Assembly: GCA_021432655.1 (NCBI GenBank)
Contig: MU271303.1
Span: forward strand, 1 to 64,000
Length of the DNA stretch: 64,000 bases
Reading direction: 5' to 3'
From: Atractiella rhizophila
Taxonomy: Eukaryota
Of this stretch, positions 37,375-50,700 are shown one piece after another. The notes beneath the pieces were generated by a model, which was given only the letters and a program-made list of their open reading frames with translations, searched no databases and was not told the DNA's origin. Both the position numbers and the translations under genes were made by a program. The number at the start of each line of letters is the position of its first letter. The first letter of the stretch is position 1.

Positions 37375-38350
37375 CAATGAAAAGTGAAAGTTGGAGAAAA
37401 AAGGGATCCGCCGAAATGATATAAAAGTTATAAATGACTAAATATCGTCGAGAGTGACTAGGTCTGCTATTGAGGCAAGATCGGAATGTAGACAGCGCTT
37501 ATATATGCTTTCTGGACAAAGGGTTAGAAACAAAGGCCACACTTGACTCCACAATCTGCCACCGCACTTGAATTACCTTGTCATTCCTTTGGGGACAGTG
37601 GCGCACAGGAAGCCGGTTCTCCTCAGACAACAATCGCGGCAGAATGACAGAATGGATGTCAAGAAATGGAACGAACGGGAATGTCTTTTGCAACAAATAT
37701 TTCTGCTCTCCCTTTATATCCTAAGCGTTCTGGCTCTTCATGTGTGATTTGTAACCATCCGTTACAATATAGACGTTTATCTAGCTCGTTTGAGCGAATA
37801 ATGTGCATATAAATAAATGTGAGCTAAACGAAGAAAACACAGAAAGTAGGGCATGTTGAAGGAGAACCCGAAGTGGATTTGACAGTGTTACGGCCATGCG
37901 CTACAACCAATGTAGGGGCAGAAACGGGCGAAGAAAGGGAGAAGATATCACGTCCGCCTCACAGGGCCTTCTCATTTCCAATCCAAGAGTACTTATGCTG
38001 GAGGCTCCGAAAGAGCTGTGGCGGACGAGTTGTATTGAAGTACCTCTCCCGCCACTCCCCGAAGTGCATGTAGGGGAGGGGTGTGCCCAACAGCTCCTCG
38101 AAGATACGCCTGAGGTTACGCGCTCATATGCATAATCACTGGACGCTGATATTTTGAGCTTGCGCCGAAAGGCGCGTGACATTTCTCCCTTCCGAGGGAC
38201 GGTGGTTCCCGCGTCGCGTCTTCGCGTCTTTTCGTCGCCTTTCCTTGTGTTCCCCGCCGATTCGGTTCCAATGATTACATTCAGCTTCCACAAAAAGTGC
38301 TGAGATATGTTTCTTTAAAGCGAGAAATGCTGGATCAACCATCAGGAGGG

Positions 38351-38840
38351 TGTCAGGCTTGCCCCCACGCATTACCGAAACGCACCATCCGAGGTCACGT
38401 GACCTACTTTCACCACGTCATAGGATCACGTGCCTGCCCATCGCCGCTTTGCTCACGTTCACGCTGATCGCCGCCTTCCCTATCTCACACGAATCGCCGC
38501 TCAGCAAACCTTACACATTTCGCCGGTCTGCACCATCTCCATTATTGCTTTATTGTCCTTTTTCACTTGCACTGCTCAGTATGTCTTATTTCCGAGTATT
38601 CCCTTTATTGTTTTCCTGATCTAGCTATCTTACATGTTTCAAGAAACTTATGTTACAGTTTATGGCAGTGCGTTTACATATGTATATATACATCGAGATG
38701 TAGTGGTGGTGACCTCAGAGTATTCTCTTAGGTTTACCTCCACTACAGGTTAGTCTCTTCATGACATACTATTCACTTAGGTTTACCTCCACTACAGACG
38801 CATCACCTATCGGCGACCGCACATAGTGTCAGCCCTAACA
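38351..38840 (+). mobile_element. Solo LTR family A with 5-bp TSD GAGGG
   Basis: TG...CA termini; GAGGG at 38346-38350 and 38841-38845. Confidence 0.9.
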
Positions 38841-38952
38841 GAGGGTTTATCGAGACCTGCGGTTGGGTTGCCTCTCCTTCGGCATTCACTAGGAAGAGCA
38901 GGTGAGTTCTGTCGCCTCACGCGCTTACGAACAAGAAAAGCATAGTTCGTGC

Positions 38953-39609
38953 TGACGTACCCCGTCCCGTCCGTACATACTATCACGTGACAACTGTACG
39001 TCAAGGACGGTCACGTGCGAGACAAACAGCCTAATTCACTGCAAACACCAACCAAATTACGTACTTCACCGCAACGCATAACTCCGCAACCATGTTGTTA
39101 ATTCAATCGGAACAAGGAAAAGCAGACAAAGGCCAATTCAAGATAGAACAAGGACGAATAGAAAACTCCATCTTAACCTTAAATAAGAAGACAATGGCGA
39201 TTGAACAAGATAGAAAATCTGGGCAAGATAAAAGGAAATAGGGCAACGTAGGACTTAGGGGAAGGATGTAGGAGATCAGAGGTTGAGGAGGAAAAGGGGG
39301 TGGAGCCAGGTGGAGCGCTGGAGAAGAGAAAAGCTATAAAAAGGGGAAGTTTAGATGAAAATATCATTCCTCACTCGTGCTGTGAGCATCCTACACTTTC
39401 ATTTGACTTCTTACTTATTTCTCTCATCCTCAGGTGCTTGCTTAGTGTACTTTGGGTCAATTATAGTGTTGAAAGCGCATTTTTTTTTTTCATTGCAAAA
39501 CCACTAGTCTGCTGCCCTAGTTCCTTTTCACTAAGCCGCTTCGGTGTTTGCCCACCAAACGTTTATTCCCACTTCGAACTCTCCCTCTAGTCCGGGATAA
39601 GCGACTTCA
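38953..39609. mobile_element. 657-bp insertion, probable solo LTR of a second family, 4-bp TSD GTGC
   Basis: TGA...TCA termini; GTGC at 38949-38952 and 39610-39613. Removing it restores the SDR-upstream element seen in paralogs. Confidence 0.7.
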
Positions 39610-39710
39610 GTGCCCTCCACTTTGATTCAAGGCATAAAAGGAGGTATGAAGAACCGTTACTGTCCCAGAATGCAATCGAAATAACAGCGCAGCATAGAAA
39701 GCTACTCTAC

Positions 39711-40608
39711 CAAGTCTACCAAAGTTTTCGTGATCACCGGTACCTCTCACGGCATGGGGCTTGAGCTCGTCAAGCAGCCTGCAGTGTCTTCTAATCTAAT
39801 CTTTGCACTCGCTCGCAACCCCACTGCGGCGAGAAGAAGAACGGAGCTATCGTTCAAGCGGACACCAGTGTGACGGTAGAGATCAAAAAGCTGTTGAGCA
39901 AGTTGGAAACGAACTGGCCGCCAGAGATCTCAAAGGAGTCTATGTTCTCATCAACAAGTAGACCTCTCTCGTACCAAGTTCTAAAGTTGATTTGGTTGTT
40001 ACAGCGCCGGTGTGGGAGGCACTCGCAGTTTCTGGGGCCGCGTTATGAGCAAAGCGACATCGTGGGAGCCGGAGGGTTTCCTCGAACTCTTCCGAGTGAA
40101 CGTCGTGGGAGTGGGGGAGACGACCAATGGATTCCTCCCTCTTCTCCGTGCCCGAAACAACAAGAAGATCCTAATGGACTCTAGCACAGTTGGATTGTTC
40201 AGTCCCGTTGGAACTGACAAAGACATCTTTGGTCCAGAAAACCTTGGAGGATCTGCTCTGTATGCTGTTAGTAAAGCTGGTGTCTTCCTCTTGTAATTAT
40301 GAGGGGGGTGAGATTCCTGATGTGAAGTCAGGCCTAAATATGGTTTCGAGGAAGCTGGCGGCTGAGCTTAAGCCTGAAAGTTTTACAGTTCTTCTGGTAC
40401 ACCTGCGTGCCTTCCTTCAGTATTGTTTTCTCTTTTGCTTATGCAGAGGGATCATATAGCCTGGGTGGGTAAAGACGGATATGGGAGGTGAACAAGCGAA
40501 GTTGACCACTGAAGAGAGTGTCAATGGGTTGTGAAACGAATCGAGACGATTAAGCCTGAAGAATCAGGCAATTTCTGGGCACCTGGTGAAAAGTGGTCAG
40601 GCTTCTGA
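39711..40608 (+). pseudogene. SDR copy 4, pseudogene
   Basis: ATG changed to AAG, deletions in exon 1 and a frameshift in the last exon; YAVSK retained. Confidence 0.8.
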
Positions 40609-40880
40609 TGAAGGAGTCGAAATGCTACCTTGAATGATGGTTTCAGGTGTAAGGCATTCGCAGGATAGACGTAAAACAATGATGTGCGTGGTCTACGAAA
40701 AATGAATATATTTCAAGTCTTGAACTTACATGTGATTGAAAGAGAAGTAGGAGAACAGTACGGGCTAGGTGGCACTAATGTTCGAGAATACGGATAATAA
40801 TATCCGAAGATCTCTTCCCAATACAATGGTCTTAGAGCCACAATAGCAAGGTCACTTGTACAACACGGTGCGGTCAAGTT

Positions 40881-41992
40881 TCAATTCAAAGGCAATCCGG
40901 GCGACAGTAGTGAGGCAATCTTTCTCGCCTCACTAACATAACTCTCCATATATGCCTTGGCTGCGCCAACGATATCACTCACATTTCTCCATTCTTCGAC
41001 CGACGGGGGTCCTCCATCCTCGTCGAAACGAAAGTACCGATGTTCTTTATTCATGACAGTCAAAGTCCGTTTGACAGAATCTGCAATGCCAGCACATTGT
41101 CTCACGGCTTCCGCAAATGCTTCTACCGCTTCGTCTCGTGTCTGGATGTCTAGTCTGACTCGCGGTTCTCTACCAGTACCAATGGACAGTAAGCATGAAA
41201 TATCAGCGTGAGGTCCCCAGATGCGCTTGAGCTCGTCCAAAGCAATACCAGTAGGATTGACATTGCCGTTGACTCCTGCGATGTACTTGGTGCGGTCTAT
41301 CAAGACAGGCTTGAAAATGGCGGTCGTTGCTCTGCAAGCGTCGACGAAGCTGCAATTGTGTATACTACTCAGACCTGGTCCATTGTAGGTTCGGAAAAAT
41401 GCATCAATCGCAGGGGAAGCATCGTATGCGGCGGTCACAAAGACTCGGCAACGGTCCTTAAAGTGATGATCTGAATCTTCAAGGGGAAGGAACGAGGGAT
41501 AAATCGATAAATCGGTAGAATGGGAAGTCAAAATTTCGATTATTGTGCCTGTAATTGCTTTAGAACCTGTAGGGCCTTCAACAGTTGCACGGAGTGCTTT
41601 TAAAGCAGGGCCCGTATCGGGAAAAATGTCTTTAGCATGGTGCTCAAATATCCTGTAAGCTTCTTGTGCTGTGAGACCTAGCCTCCCAAGCAAAAGCGCG
41701 ATCAATCCTCCAGCAGAGCTGCCACAAATCAAGTCAAAAAAGTCGCACGGCCGGCAGGTTCCAACACGACAATATCCGCAGGCACAGAACCGAAGGAGCA
41801 TGATGGAACGCATGATTTGATCCCCCAGTTCAGATGATGGTCGAGCATGTTTTGAAGCGTTTCCATGATCCTTATGAGAATGACAAGCTCAGAGAGACCG
41901 CGAATGCCTCCTCCGTCCAAGCACAAGACTCGAAGTGCGTGAGGATTTGGCACTTTCGTCGAACATGGTGGCACATAGACTTTGTCGGCCAT
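40881..41992 (-). pseudogene. Small intronless patatin-like protein (~370 aa) with one frameshift
   Basis: MADKVYVPP...LRVLCLDGGGIRGLSEL in one frame; CRPCDFFDLICGSSAGGL...LLSIGTG...YFRF in another. No usable AG acceptor between them. Confidence 0.75.
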
Positions 41993-42444
41993 TGCAAGTT
42001 CAGGGCGCAGTTGCTGTCGCAGGAAACTCAACCCAGTGTCATATTGACTGTAATACATACCAGGAAGAGCGGACCAATAGCAGTCAAAGAGCATCAGCGG
42101 TGGCTTCCTTGTTGGCGTTTCAGATATCTGTGCCGCTTGGTGTCACAATCGTATTATCTCTCTCCTCTCACTTTCAAAGGCAGCGACTGGAAGAATGGAA
42201 GATCGGAGTGGGGATACGAAGACCTGCTAACTGAGCTGAGCGACTAGCTGAGCCGAGCTACGCATTCGTCTGCTCGGTCCTTTATTCCCCGATGCTAAGC
42301 AAGAACTAGGAACTTAACTTAGGAAGGATTGTTTTGGGGAGTGCGCACGGTGACAAGCGTAACGTCTTCGTTACACAGTAATGGATTTAGTGGAGCTCTG
42401 AAAGTACTCTGAAACACAAAATAGTGAGGATTTCCCATGAAAAA

Positions 42445-44324
42445 TCACCACCTTCGCAGTCTTCGAACAGCAGGTCGCGTTCGACTCCAGTTGACCGTGG
42501 CAGCGGAATTGTATTCTCCCTTCAGAAAGTCTGCATCGTTCTCGAAATCCTTTCGAAATGCGCTAAGTTCTTCGCCTGCGATTTTGAGTTCCTCCACATC
42601 CTTCTGAAAGATGCTTCTGATGTGTGAGGAACCCGCATCTTCAGCTTTGGCACATTGTGCCATCTCATAAACCGTCTGGTTGACATACATGTCCAGTGCA
42701 TAAGTTAATGACCATAATTGATCTTGGTTTTGGCGAAGATCCGTCGCCCATTTCTCCATCCTTTCCTTGGCTAATTCGTCCTGTGGCAGACCGGTTGTAG
42801 CAAACGAAACGGGCAAGACACGATCATTAAAATAAGCGGAATAACCAGTTGGTTGAAGCGACCCTGTTAGAAATCAGCCAATATGCTCTTTCATGGCAAG
42901 AGCATACGTACAGAGCTGATACCATTTCAGTTTGATCCAATCCACGATTGCAACCAAACCGACCGCTCTGCTTTCGGTGCGTTCTAATTGACAAGTGATA
43001 GAATGGGCCAAGAGGCTACTTGCTGCTCGGACAAAGGCGGCAGTGGCGTGCAACACTGTAGATGTTCGTGCAAAAGAGTGATGTAGCTTCGAAACGGTTT
43101 CCATAGCATTATTTTCTGTCAAATTCTTCTTCAACAAGAGGTGTTCGAAGACGGTGCGGAAGTTCTGCACGAAAGCTTCGTAGTCATGAAGCCTTAGAAG
43201 CAAAACAAATTGCAAGTCTTCCTGTATTAGTCGAACTTCTTGAGGGGAAACAATCCACCGAGATTGGATAGAAGCGTTGACCCATTTTAAAGAGCGAACC
43301 ATGAACTTAAGGTCCTGGTTGCATCGAAATAAAATATTGGAGAGGGTGGTGTCATTGAGAGTGACCTCTAACGGTGGTACAGGCGGATCTTCCGCCTGGC
43401 GAGGACGTCAGATTCTGCACGTCAGGAATTGAGGAGAAGACTAGAAGGCTCGCCTGCATCTGTTCGTCTCTGTTGTATTCCCTGCGTAGCGCCAAAAAAG
43501 TGCAACGTGATGAGGATGAGGACTGGTATCGAAAATGAGGTGCAGGTTGAAGGAAATCAACGGCAAGGTTCATGGCGCGCACGCGAAAAAGGTAGTCTGG
43601 GACAACCTCGGCGTAGACATCACTGCACTCCATCCACGACGGGGTCAAAACAAGAATTAAAGATCGTTGAAGTTGCACTGTTCCAGTTCGGAGACTGTGA
43701 AGGTCGGCTTCGACCTCCTTCCAAAAGTCAAGGAGACCTTCTGAGCACGAGCTGATGACTAGAAATTGTTGAGTGAGGTTCTCGCTGAAGAAATCTAATT
43801 GATTATCAGCGTCGGGTGAGAGAAAACGAAAAGGTGTTTTACGGACCAAACTCCCGTCTTTTACCCAACAGCGCGAGTCTACGCCAGAACAAAAGATATG
43901 ATGCAGCATTTACAGAACGAAGGTGATCGTGGCAGTTTTGAAGCAGCTTAGTCTGCAAGCTTGACAACTTGTTTGCGAAGCTCAATTGAGAGTCCGCTGC
44001 TTCAATTAATCCGTGAAGTTGAAACAGAACGGATTTCATCCACATTCTCTGTGATTCACCGCCCCAATCACTCCGACCTTCCCAATCAGCGAAACTCGCT
44101 GCAAGTCCTTCACCATCGGAGCGTACGTTTCGCCAAGTCTCAAGACACAGGTCGAAAAGAATCAGAATCTCGTGTGTTTGAACACAAGTTGAAAATGGCG
44201 TGACCAGATAAAATGCTTTCCAGGCCGCGTCCCACCCTTTAAGATCTGATTGGATGGATGAAAAACTCGTCCCTAACTGCTTGACCAACTGGATGTGACT
44301 ACGAATGGATGCAGGGTTGGACAT
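42445..44324 (-). CDS. ESIHNH-family copy 7, apparently intact
   Basis: MSNPASIRSH start; exons splice in frame (GC donor at intron 2) to ...PAVRRLRRW. Confidence 0.8.
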
Positions 44325-44651
44325 CGATGAAAAATTGGAACCTGTTGGAAGAACAGATAAGAGAGCCGCAGATTGTGCAGAATGAAAGGGCGCTGGGGTG
44401 ATTCAAATAACCGCAACCGGGACTGAGGTGTACGAATGATAAGAGAGAAAAGGGCACGACGGAACAAACCCCTGCACAGAGACAAAGGGGGAAAAAGGGT
44501 TAATCTGAATGTACTGGAACCTAACTCTATCTGATTCCGACTTGTGTAAGATTAAGTCTAAAATTGGTCTAGATTACGTTTCATAACTGATTGATATTGC
44601 TTGGTTATCCCTAAGTTGGTTTCAGTCGAGACCAAGGTGTCAACGACAAAC

Positions 44652-46980
44652 ATGGAAAGTAATGAGAACGGACGCTACTCCTTAAAGAGCGCTCGAAGAC
44701 ATCAGACTCACTGGCCGGAATTTAGTAATACCTTCAGACCCTTTTGCCATTTCGATTCGGTGGTCTCTTCGCCTATAGACGTTACTGTGAGCGACACAGA
44801 AGGCCGCAAGTTGGTCAATATGTTAAAATCACTCAGGAACCTTTGGAATTCGCTCCGCTATGGCCTGGAATGAGAGCGATATTGTCATGGGGCTAACAAA
44901 TGTGAACGGTCCCATCAATGTTCCCGTCACATTACTGACCAAGGAACAGCGGCATGCTTCCAATAGATTCTACAGTCCTTGCAGGATTACAGGCTACCTT
45001 TGACGATATCTGCACCGACTTCTTCTCCACTCTGAAAAATATCTTCCTAGCAGTCACCGTTTCGATACGGCTGTTTCAACGCCTGCAGAAGGAAATTTCT
45101 TCAGATAAAAGCGTCGTTTCCGACGCCAAATGTGCTTCCCACTTCGCAGTCGAGCAGAACCAGTCATTTCGGAGCAGCGTCTCAGAGGATATCCTGACTT
45201 TGTGTCATACCCTGGATTCTGTGAGCTCAGCGTTTTTTTTATACAGATGTTGACGTTGCCTGATATAGCCTATATCATTAGTTGAACCGAGAATTCAAGT
45301 TGCTCCACGATCGAAGTGATAGTCACTTTCCATTCCTAGTGAGTAGCAACAATACTTCCTCTGTAAGTTGATGCTGAGCTGGCGCAGAACAACCTGCTGA
45401 GGAAATTTAATCGTTTATTCTCAACATCTGGTGATGAAGTGGGTAAGAGCATTTTTCATTTCCTCTTTTCCTTGACCAAAGAACTTTGACGAAAGAAGTT
45501 CCAGAGACTGTTGAATTGGACATTGTCGCATTCCAGATTCAGTTCAGTGACCTAGGGCAATTGACGTCGCAGCTTTCTTCCGTCCTCAAGCAATGGACGG
45601 TTCAGTTCACATTCCTAGACTCCATCGTCAAAGCAGTGAGCCAACAAGCCAGTATCTTTCAGGTCGGGGGCGTCAACAAGGAAAGATTTGATGTCGGATG
45701 GTTTCGAACTTGTCTGGGCTTGTGGGACCAGATCTACAGTCGCGATTTGTTCAAGGTATGTTGTGATTTTCACGGCGCTGGAAACTGCAACGTTTCCCGA
45801 ATGGACTTAGGCAATTTATTGCATGATATGCATGGTGACCCAGCATCTCCAGTGTTTAGGGTATTTAGATAACGTATGTAAAGACACTTTCAAGAATATT
45901 TTATAATCTCCCACGGTGCGTGGGGACTGCCATAGACAACCTGATCCGCTCACTGTTGAATCTTTACACCTCCTGTGGAAAAAAAGTGCTAAGGACTGTG
46001 ATGCGAAGATCAAGGAGCGTTTTGACCGCGAAAAATTCGAGCTTGAGGCCGAATTTCGTAACTCATACCGCAGCTTTCGGCAGATCAAGAAATGGGTGGT
46101 TAACGAGCGGAGAGTGGATCTGCCTGTCCCAAAGAAACAATTGGGCGACTACAGTTTCGAGACGTTTATGGCCCCTTATCTTGCTGCAAATCAAAACCTT
46201 TTGTTCCACATCGACCTACCTTGATAACACCACAAAATACCCCAATCAAGGATTCCTTTGAGGCTGAAGCAGTGCTCACTGCTGCCCGGTTGAATTCCCT
46301 AAACCTTGTTATCGCAGATTCTCGTCCAACGCTTTCGCGGATACGCATTTTGTCACTAGACGGGGGTGGAACCTGGGCCTTCGCGGAATTATGCTTTTTG
46401 CGAAAAATTCTGCAGGAACTCTGGTACGAGCTTTCGACGGACGAGGGAGCAAAATACGGGTCTCCTGAAAACATTCAACCATACAAATTCTTTGATCTGA
46501 TTGTCGGTTCCTCGACTGGCGGCCTCCTAGCTTTCATGCTGGGTTCACTCAAGATGTCCGTGAAAGAGACAATGGACGCTTTCGAGGACCTTTGCGAGAA
46601 GCTTTTCAATGCAGAGAAAGAGGGGGTTGTCACGGTTTCTTCCTCTAGCTCTGCCTTCGAAGATGCGTTCAAGAAGCTGATTCGCGACAGTGGTGCCGAC
46701 GAGGAGGAACTTTTTTCTCCTGTCAGGGCCGAGTGCAGAGTAGTCGTCACCGCAGCTTATACCGCTTCCATAAACAAGTTAAAGCTGTTTCGCTCTTATG
46801 CACAGTTTGACTCGGACAAAGTAAAACTTTGGGAAGCTGCTCGTGCCACAACTGCTCACCCAAACCTCTTCCTCCCAATCAAGATTGACGGTGCCAACTT
46901 TGTGGATGTCAGCGGTTCCGGAGACCTAAATCCTACCATGGCCGCAGTTTCTGAAGCGCATTCGATATGGGGTCAGGACG
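44652..46980 (+). pseudogene. Large patatin copy 2: frameshifted and 3'-truncated
   Basis: Exon-by-exon homology to 26956-29514 (RILSLDGGGTWA, GSSTG, NFVDVSG). Frameshifts near 44835 and 46220, in-frame TAA near 44894; homology ends at ~46980. Confidence 0.8.
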
Positions 46981-46984
46981 TGAG

Positions 46985-48135
46985 ACAAGACCGGTGCAGT
47001 GAGAAATGGCTTCTCGAACTTGAGCTGCGCCGGTAAGGGTTCGAATGGAAAGGTTCCTCAGGCTCGATTTGGCGCGGAGGATCAGATTGTAACCCTCGTT
47101 GAGACTGTAGAATTGACGTTCGCGCCAGGTTGGTTCAGTTGCGTGGATTTCCAGACTCCGTAAGCAATTTTCTTCGATAGAATTGCTGAAGGCAGTCGTA
47201 ATCACTCCACAGTCCGTTAGTAATAAGTGCTGTAGTCGAAGCTTCCACGGCACCTCTTGAAAGTCTTCAAGGGAAATGAGAGATAAGTCTAGAACAACTA
47301 GATCGAGGGAAGCGCCGACATTGGGTATCAACGGAGCGAAACCGACTGCATGAGAACTGAAATTCGAAACGGATAAATGCACAAGCTTCGGTAAAGGAGG
47401 CAAATGGCCCATGGAAATGTGCTCGAATCTAAGAAATTCCAATTGCTTCGAGCAGGCGGCAATAAACTCGTATGCCTGCGCATTAGGCTGCAGCAGTATT
47501 GCAGGGAGGGAGAGATGTCAAAGGCTACTGATACTGTGCTCAAAAAAATAACTGACGTGCTGAGGGATTTCGCCGCCTGTGTCCCCATAAATGCCGATTT
47601 CGCATGTGATGTCGAGACTTAGAAGGCTTGATGCTAGCTGGTGCGAGTTGGGAATCCAGACGGACTCGAAGTTCAGGGACAGATGTCGCAGGCCAACCAA
47701 CGTTGACAGCACGCTGATGGCGTAATTCGTTCCATCGATTTGAAGGATATTGAGCGTTAGAGAGACAAGGCATTTCGCAAGAGGCCGAAGGAAAGAAATA
47801 TGCTCTAGAACTGCCGGTCGTCTTCGTTTTCAGTATCGCAGTCAATATCTAACGCCTTGAGGTTCGGTCACATTCTGAGTACATCGGAAGACTGCTCGAT
47901 TTTGCATCTCCAGTCCGCGAGCAGATTTCTAAATTGATGGCATATTTGTGGACGCTGTTTGAAAAACGAGGCTGATTTAGCGATGCGTCGTCGGAAGATG
48001 ACGTCGGACAATGCTCCATGGAAAATGCGAGAAACAATTCGAAGGGAAGCAAGGTAAGAATTTGACATGTCTTGATCAAAGCGAAGCTTTGTTAAAATGT
48101 CGATGAGGAGATCCAGGAAGACAGTCGATATTCAC
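46985..48135 (-). pseudogene. F-box/leucine-rich-repeat protein pseudogene
   Basis: F-box-like IDCLP.DLLIDILTKL...YLASLRIVSRIF (frameshifted). LxxLxL repeats: LRHLSLN, LEFLRFEH, LVHLSVSN, LQHLLLTDC, LRSLEIH, LRNLSIR. Confidence 0.65.
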
Positions 48136-48259
48136 CTAGAAGGACACAGCAGATCCATCAGTTCGATGTTGAACCATCAGATCGACAGTTTTTGAAACTT
48201 TCATCCGTTGCATTGTAATTTTCGGCACTGCTAGATTTTATGACAGACCCATTTGCCAG

Positions 48260-48570
48260 CTGCCTGTGTAGCTCACATTGCGCTTTGTATTACACTCCCT
48301 GCCGTTTGAGTGATATGGAACCCTCATGGGAGTAGCAGTTTCGGGATGAAACCTGAAGGGATGAGTGAGCAGTGTCACGGCCATTGAAACCCGTGTTGAA
48401 GTACTTGAAGTACCTCTGCCGTTCCTTTGAACTGCCTGGAACGGGTACGCGTAATAACACCTCGAACATATACTCGAAGTTAAGCTTTCGTGTACATAAG
48501 CACTAGACGTTTGGTAGTGGAGCTGGAAGGGAAAGTCCCCTTGCATTTCTCCCCTTCCGAGGAAGCGTGT
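48260..48570. repeat. Partial SDR-upstream element
   Basis: Highly similar to ~5600-5845. Confidence 0.8.
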
Positions 48571-48819
48571 AGTCTCGAACCAGACCTGGTTGAGTGGAAT
48601 CACGTGTTTAATTACGTAATTATTGGCATCAATAGACGGTGTTAGATTGCCAGTAGGGTGTGGAAGAGTCTGGGAACCTGTGGAACTTCACTGGACAAGT
48701 AACCATTGGGAGCGAACACTTCGGCTCCGTCGCAAACTCAGGGAATTTCCGTCCGCGAACCTTGCCTTCGTGGCCCGAAATTCCCTGGCATGGAGTTAAT
48801 TATATCCGTCGTGCATACG

Positions 48820-49288
48820 CTCTCTTAACGACGTTCTCACATTGGCTTGATACGGCGCCGGCCCTCGTGATTTCTGGACCAGCCTGGCGAGCAAAGCTAC
48901 TTCTTGGGAACCGGAGGACTTCCTCGAAACATTCCGAGTGAACGTAGTGGGAGTAGTGGAGATGACTAAGGGATTCCTCCCTCTCCTCCGAACCGGAAAT
49001 GACAAGAAAATTCTGATGGCCTCCAGCACCTTGGGTTGATTGGCCCTGTTGGTACAGAGAAGGACATCTTTGGGCTTGGGAACCTTGGAGGATCTGCTCC
49101 ATATGCCATTGGCAAAGCTGGTCAGTGCCTCCTATAATCACTTGCGAGACCGCTCTTTGATTTGAGTAGGACTAAACATGTTCTCGAGGAAGGTCGCAGA
49201 AGGCTTTACAATTATTCTGCTTCATGTGTGTGGAGTCCTTGGTATTGTTTCGTCTTCTGCTCATGTAGAGGAACGATAGCCTGGCTGC
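48820..49288 (+). pseudogene. SDR copy 5, middle exons, frameshifted (continues at 54293)
   Basis: SKATSWEPEDFLE, RVNVVGVVEMTKG, GGSAPYAIGKA; breaks at AGCCTGGCTG. Confidence 0.8.
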
Positions 49289-49799
49289 ATCAGCAAAATC
49301 TGTCGCTGTACCTATTTGCCTAGCCAAGGCAATATTGGTGCCAAAGGCATTTTGGCACGCCCCCACCTATACATAGCCATATAATGGCCTGATGGATCAG
49401 TGTATTCAACCTATGTGAGTTTCGCATCCAAGTTAGCCAAAATGACTTTTCAAGACCAGTATATAGTGGACACCAATGTGTATTGGTCAACATATAGGCA
49501 TTCATTGCATTGTTATATCCTGGATTAGGACAAAAGGAAAGGGCATAGTAAATAAGAGGCACAAACTGACAGTAAGCAGCAAGGCAAAATCAAATCTCTC
49601 CTCGCAAAGCCTAAGCCTGTCACCATCGATCCCGGTTGTAAGCAGGGGGAAGGAGCTACCAACACCATTCTGAGTTGAGAGGGACGGTTTTGGGGCCATG
49701 GAACAAGTACAACCTGAGCCCACTGCGAATCCGAATTAGTAACTTTCAACGTCCCAATGAAACATACCAGATAGTTTGCAGATTTGCCTGAGCAGCTCC

Positions 49800-50700
49800 C
49801 GATCACCATCTTCCTTGTCCAGCACATCTAATCCAGTAAAGACGACGAGAAAGTGGTCAACATGCGCTTGTGCATGCATGCGGTCGAATTGATGTGTTGG
49901 AAGAGTGGCAGGTTGTCCATTAACGATGTGTTGCCATTGCGCCTTCGCCTGTGTGAAACAAAGGTCAAGCTAGAAGTGGTTAGCACTTGAAGTAAAAATG
50001 TAGGACTATATAACTTACAGTCGCAGCACACCAAGTGAGAGCAACAGGAGGGATTAAGCCCCGTTCGAAGTCTGGAAGCTCCTTCATCAAAGTTGCCCAC
50101 GCACCAGGTCGAAACAGGGTCTTCTTGAGGAAGTCGATCCAATGAGGGTTTGTGTAAGCTAATCCTGGCTGCAAACACATTATTTCATGCTGCAGAAGGA
50201 GGAACGGAGTCACCTGGCTGGTGGGGTCTTCCTTGTACGCTGCAGCCATGGAAAAATCTGCATCCTCATTTGGCCACCAGGTTGACCAGAACTCGAGCTG
50301 CATAAGAATGTCTTGGGGATCAGCTAGATTGTCAGGCTGATTCTTTCTCTTTTCCTTTTCTCTGAAATTGGGGACCGGAAGGGTGATGTCAATCTCCCAA
50401 GCAGTTTTGATCATTCTTCGAGCCTCTGCTGCAAATTCGCCTCGATAGGTGGAGAACTTAGCAACAACCTAGAAGATGCTCTTGAGTATGTTACGAAACT
50501 AAGATGCAATGAAGACTTACCTCTCCGATCTGTTTGTAGTCCAAATTGTGATCTGTGCATGCCTTTTGAAGTCTCTCCTCAACTAGCAAGTGAACAGAGA
50601 AGGGAAATGGATCTTTCGAAGTTATGATGCCAAGTCGTATCTGCTTTTTGGCAAATGAAATTGCATTGGCAACCTGAAATGAGCTTGCAAAGTCTATGAC
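49800..50700 (-). pseudogene. Degenerate multi-exon ORF, DUF6532-like / transposon-associated
   Basis: YTNPHWIDFLKKTLF...IPPVALTWCAAT resembles that family from memory; CpG-depleted and inside an insertion. Confidence 0.3.
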
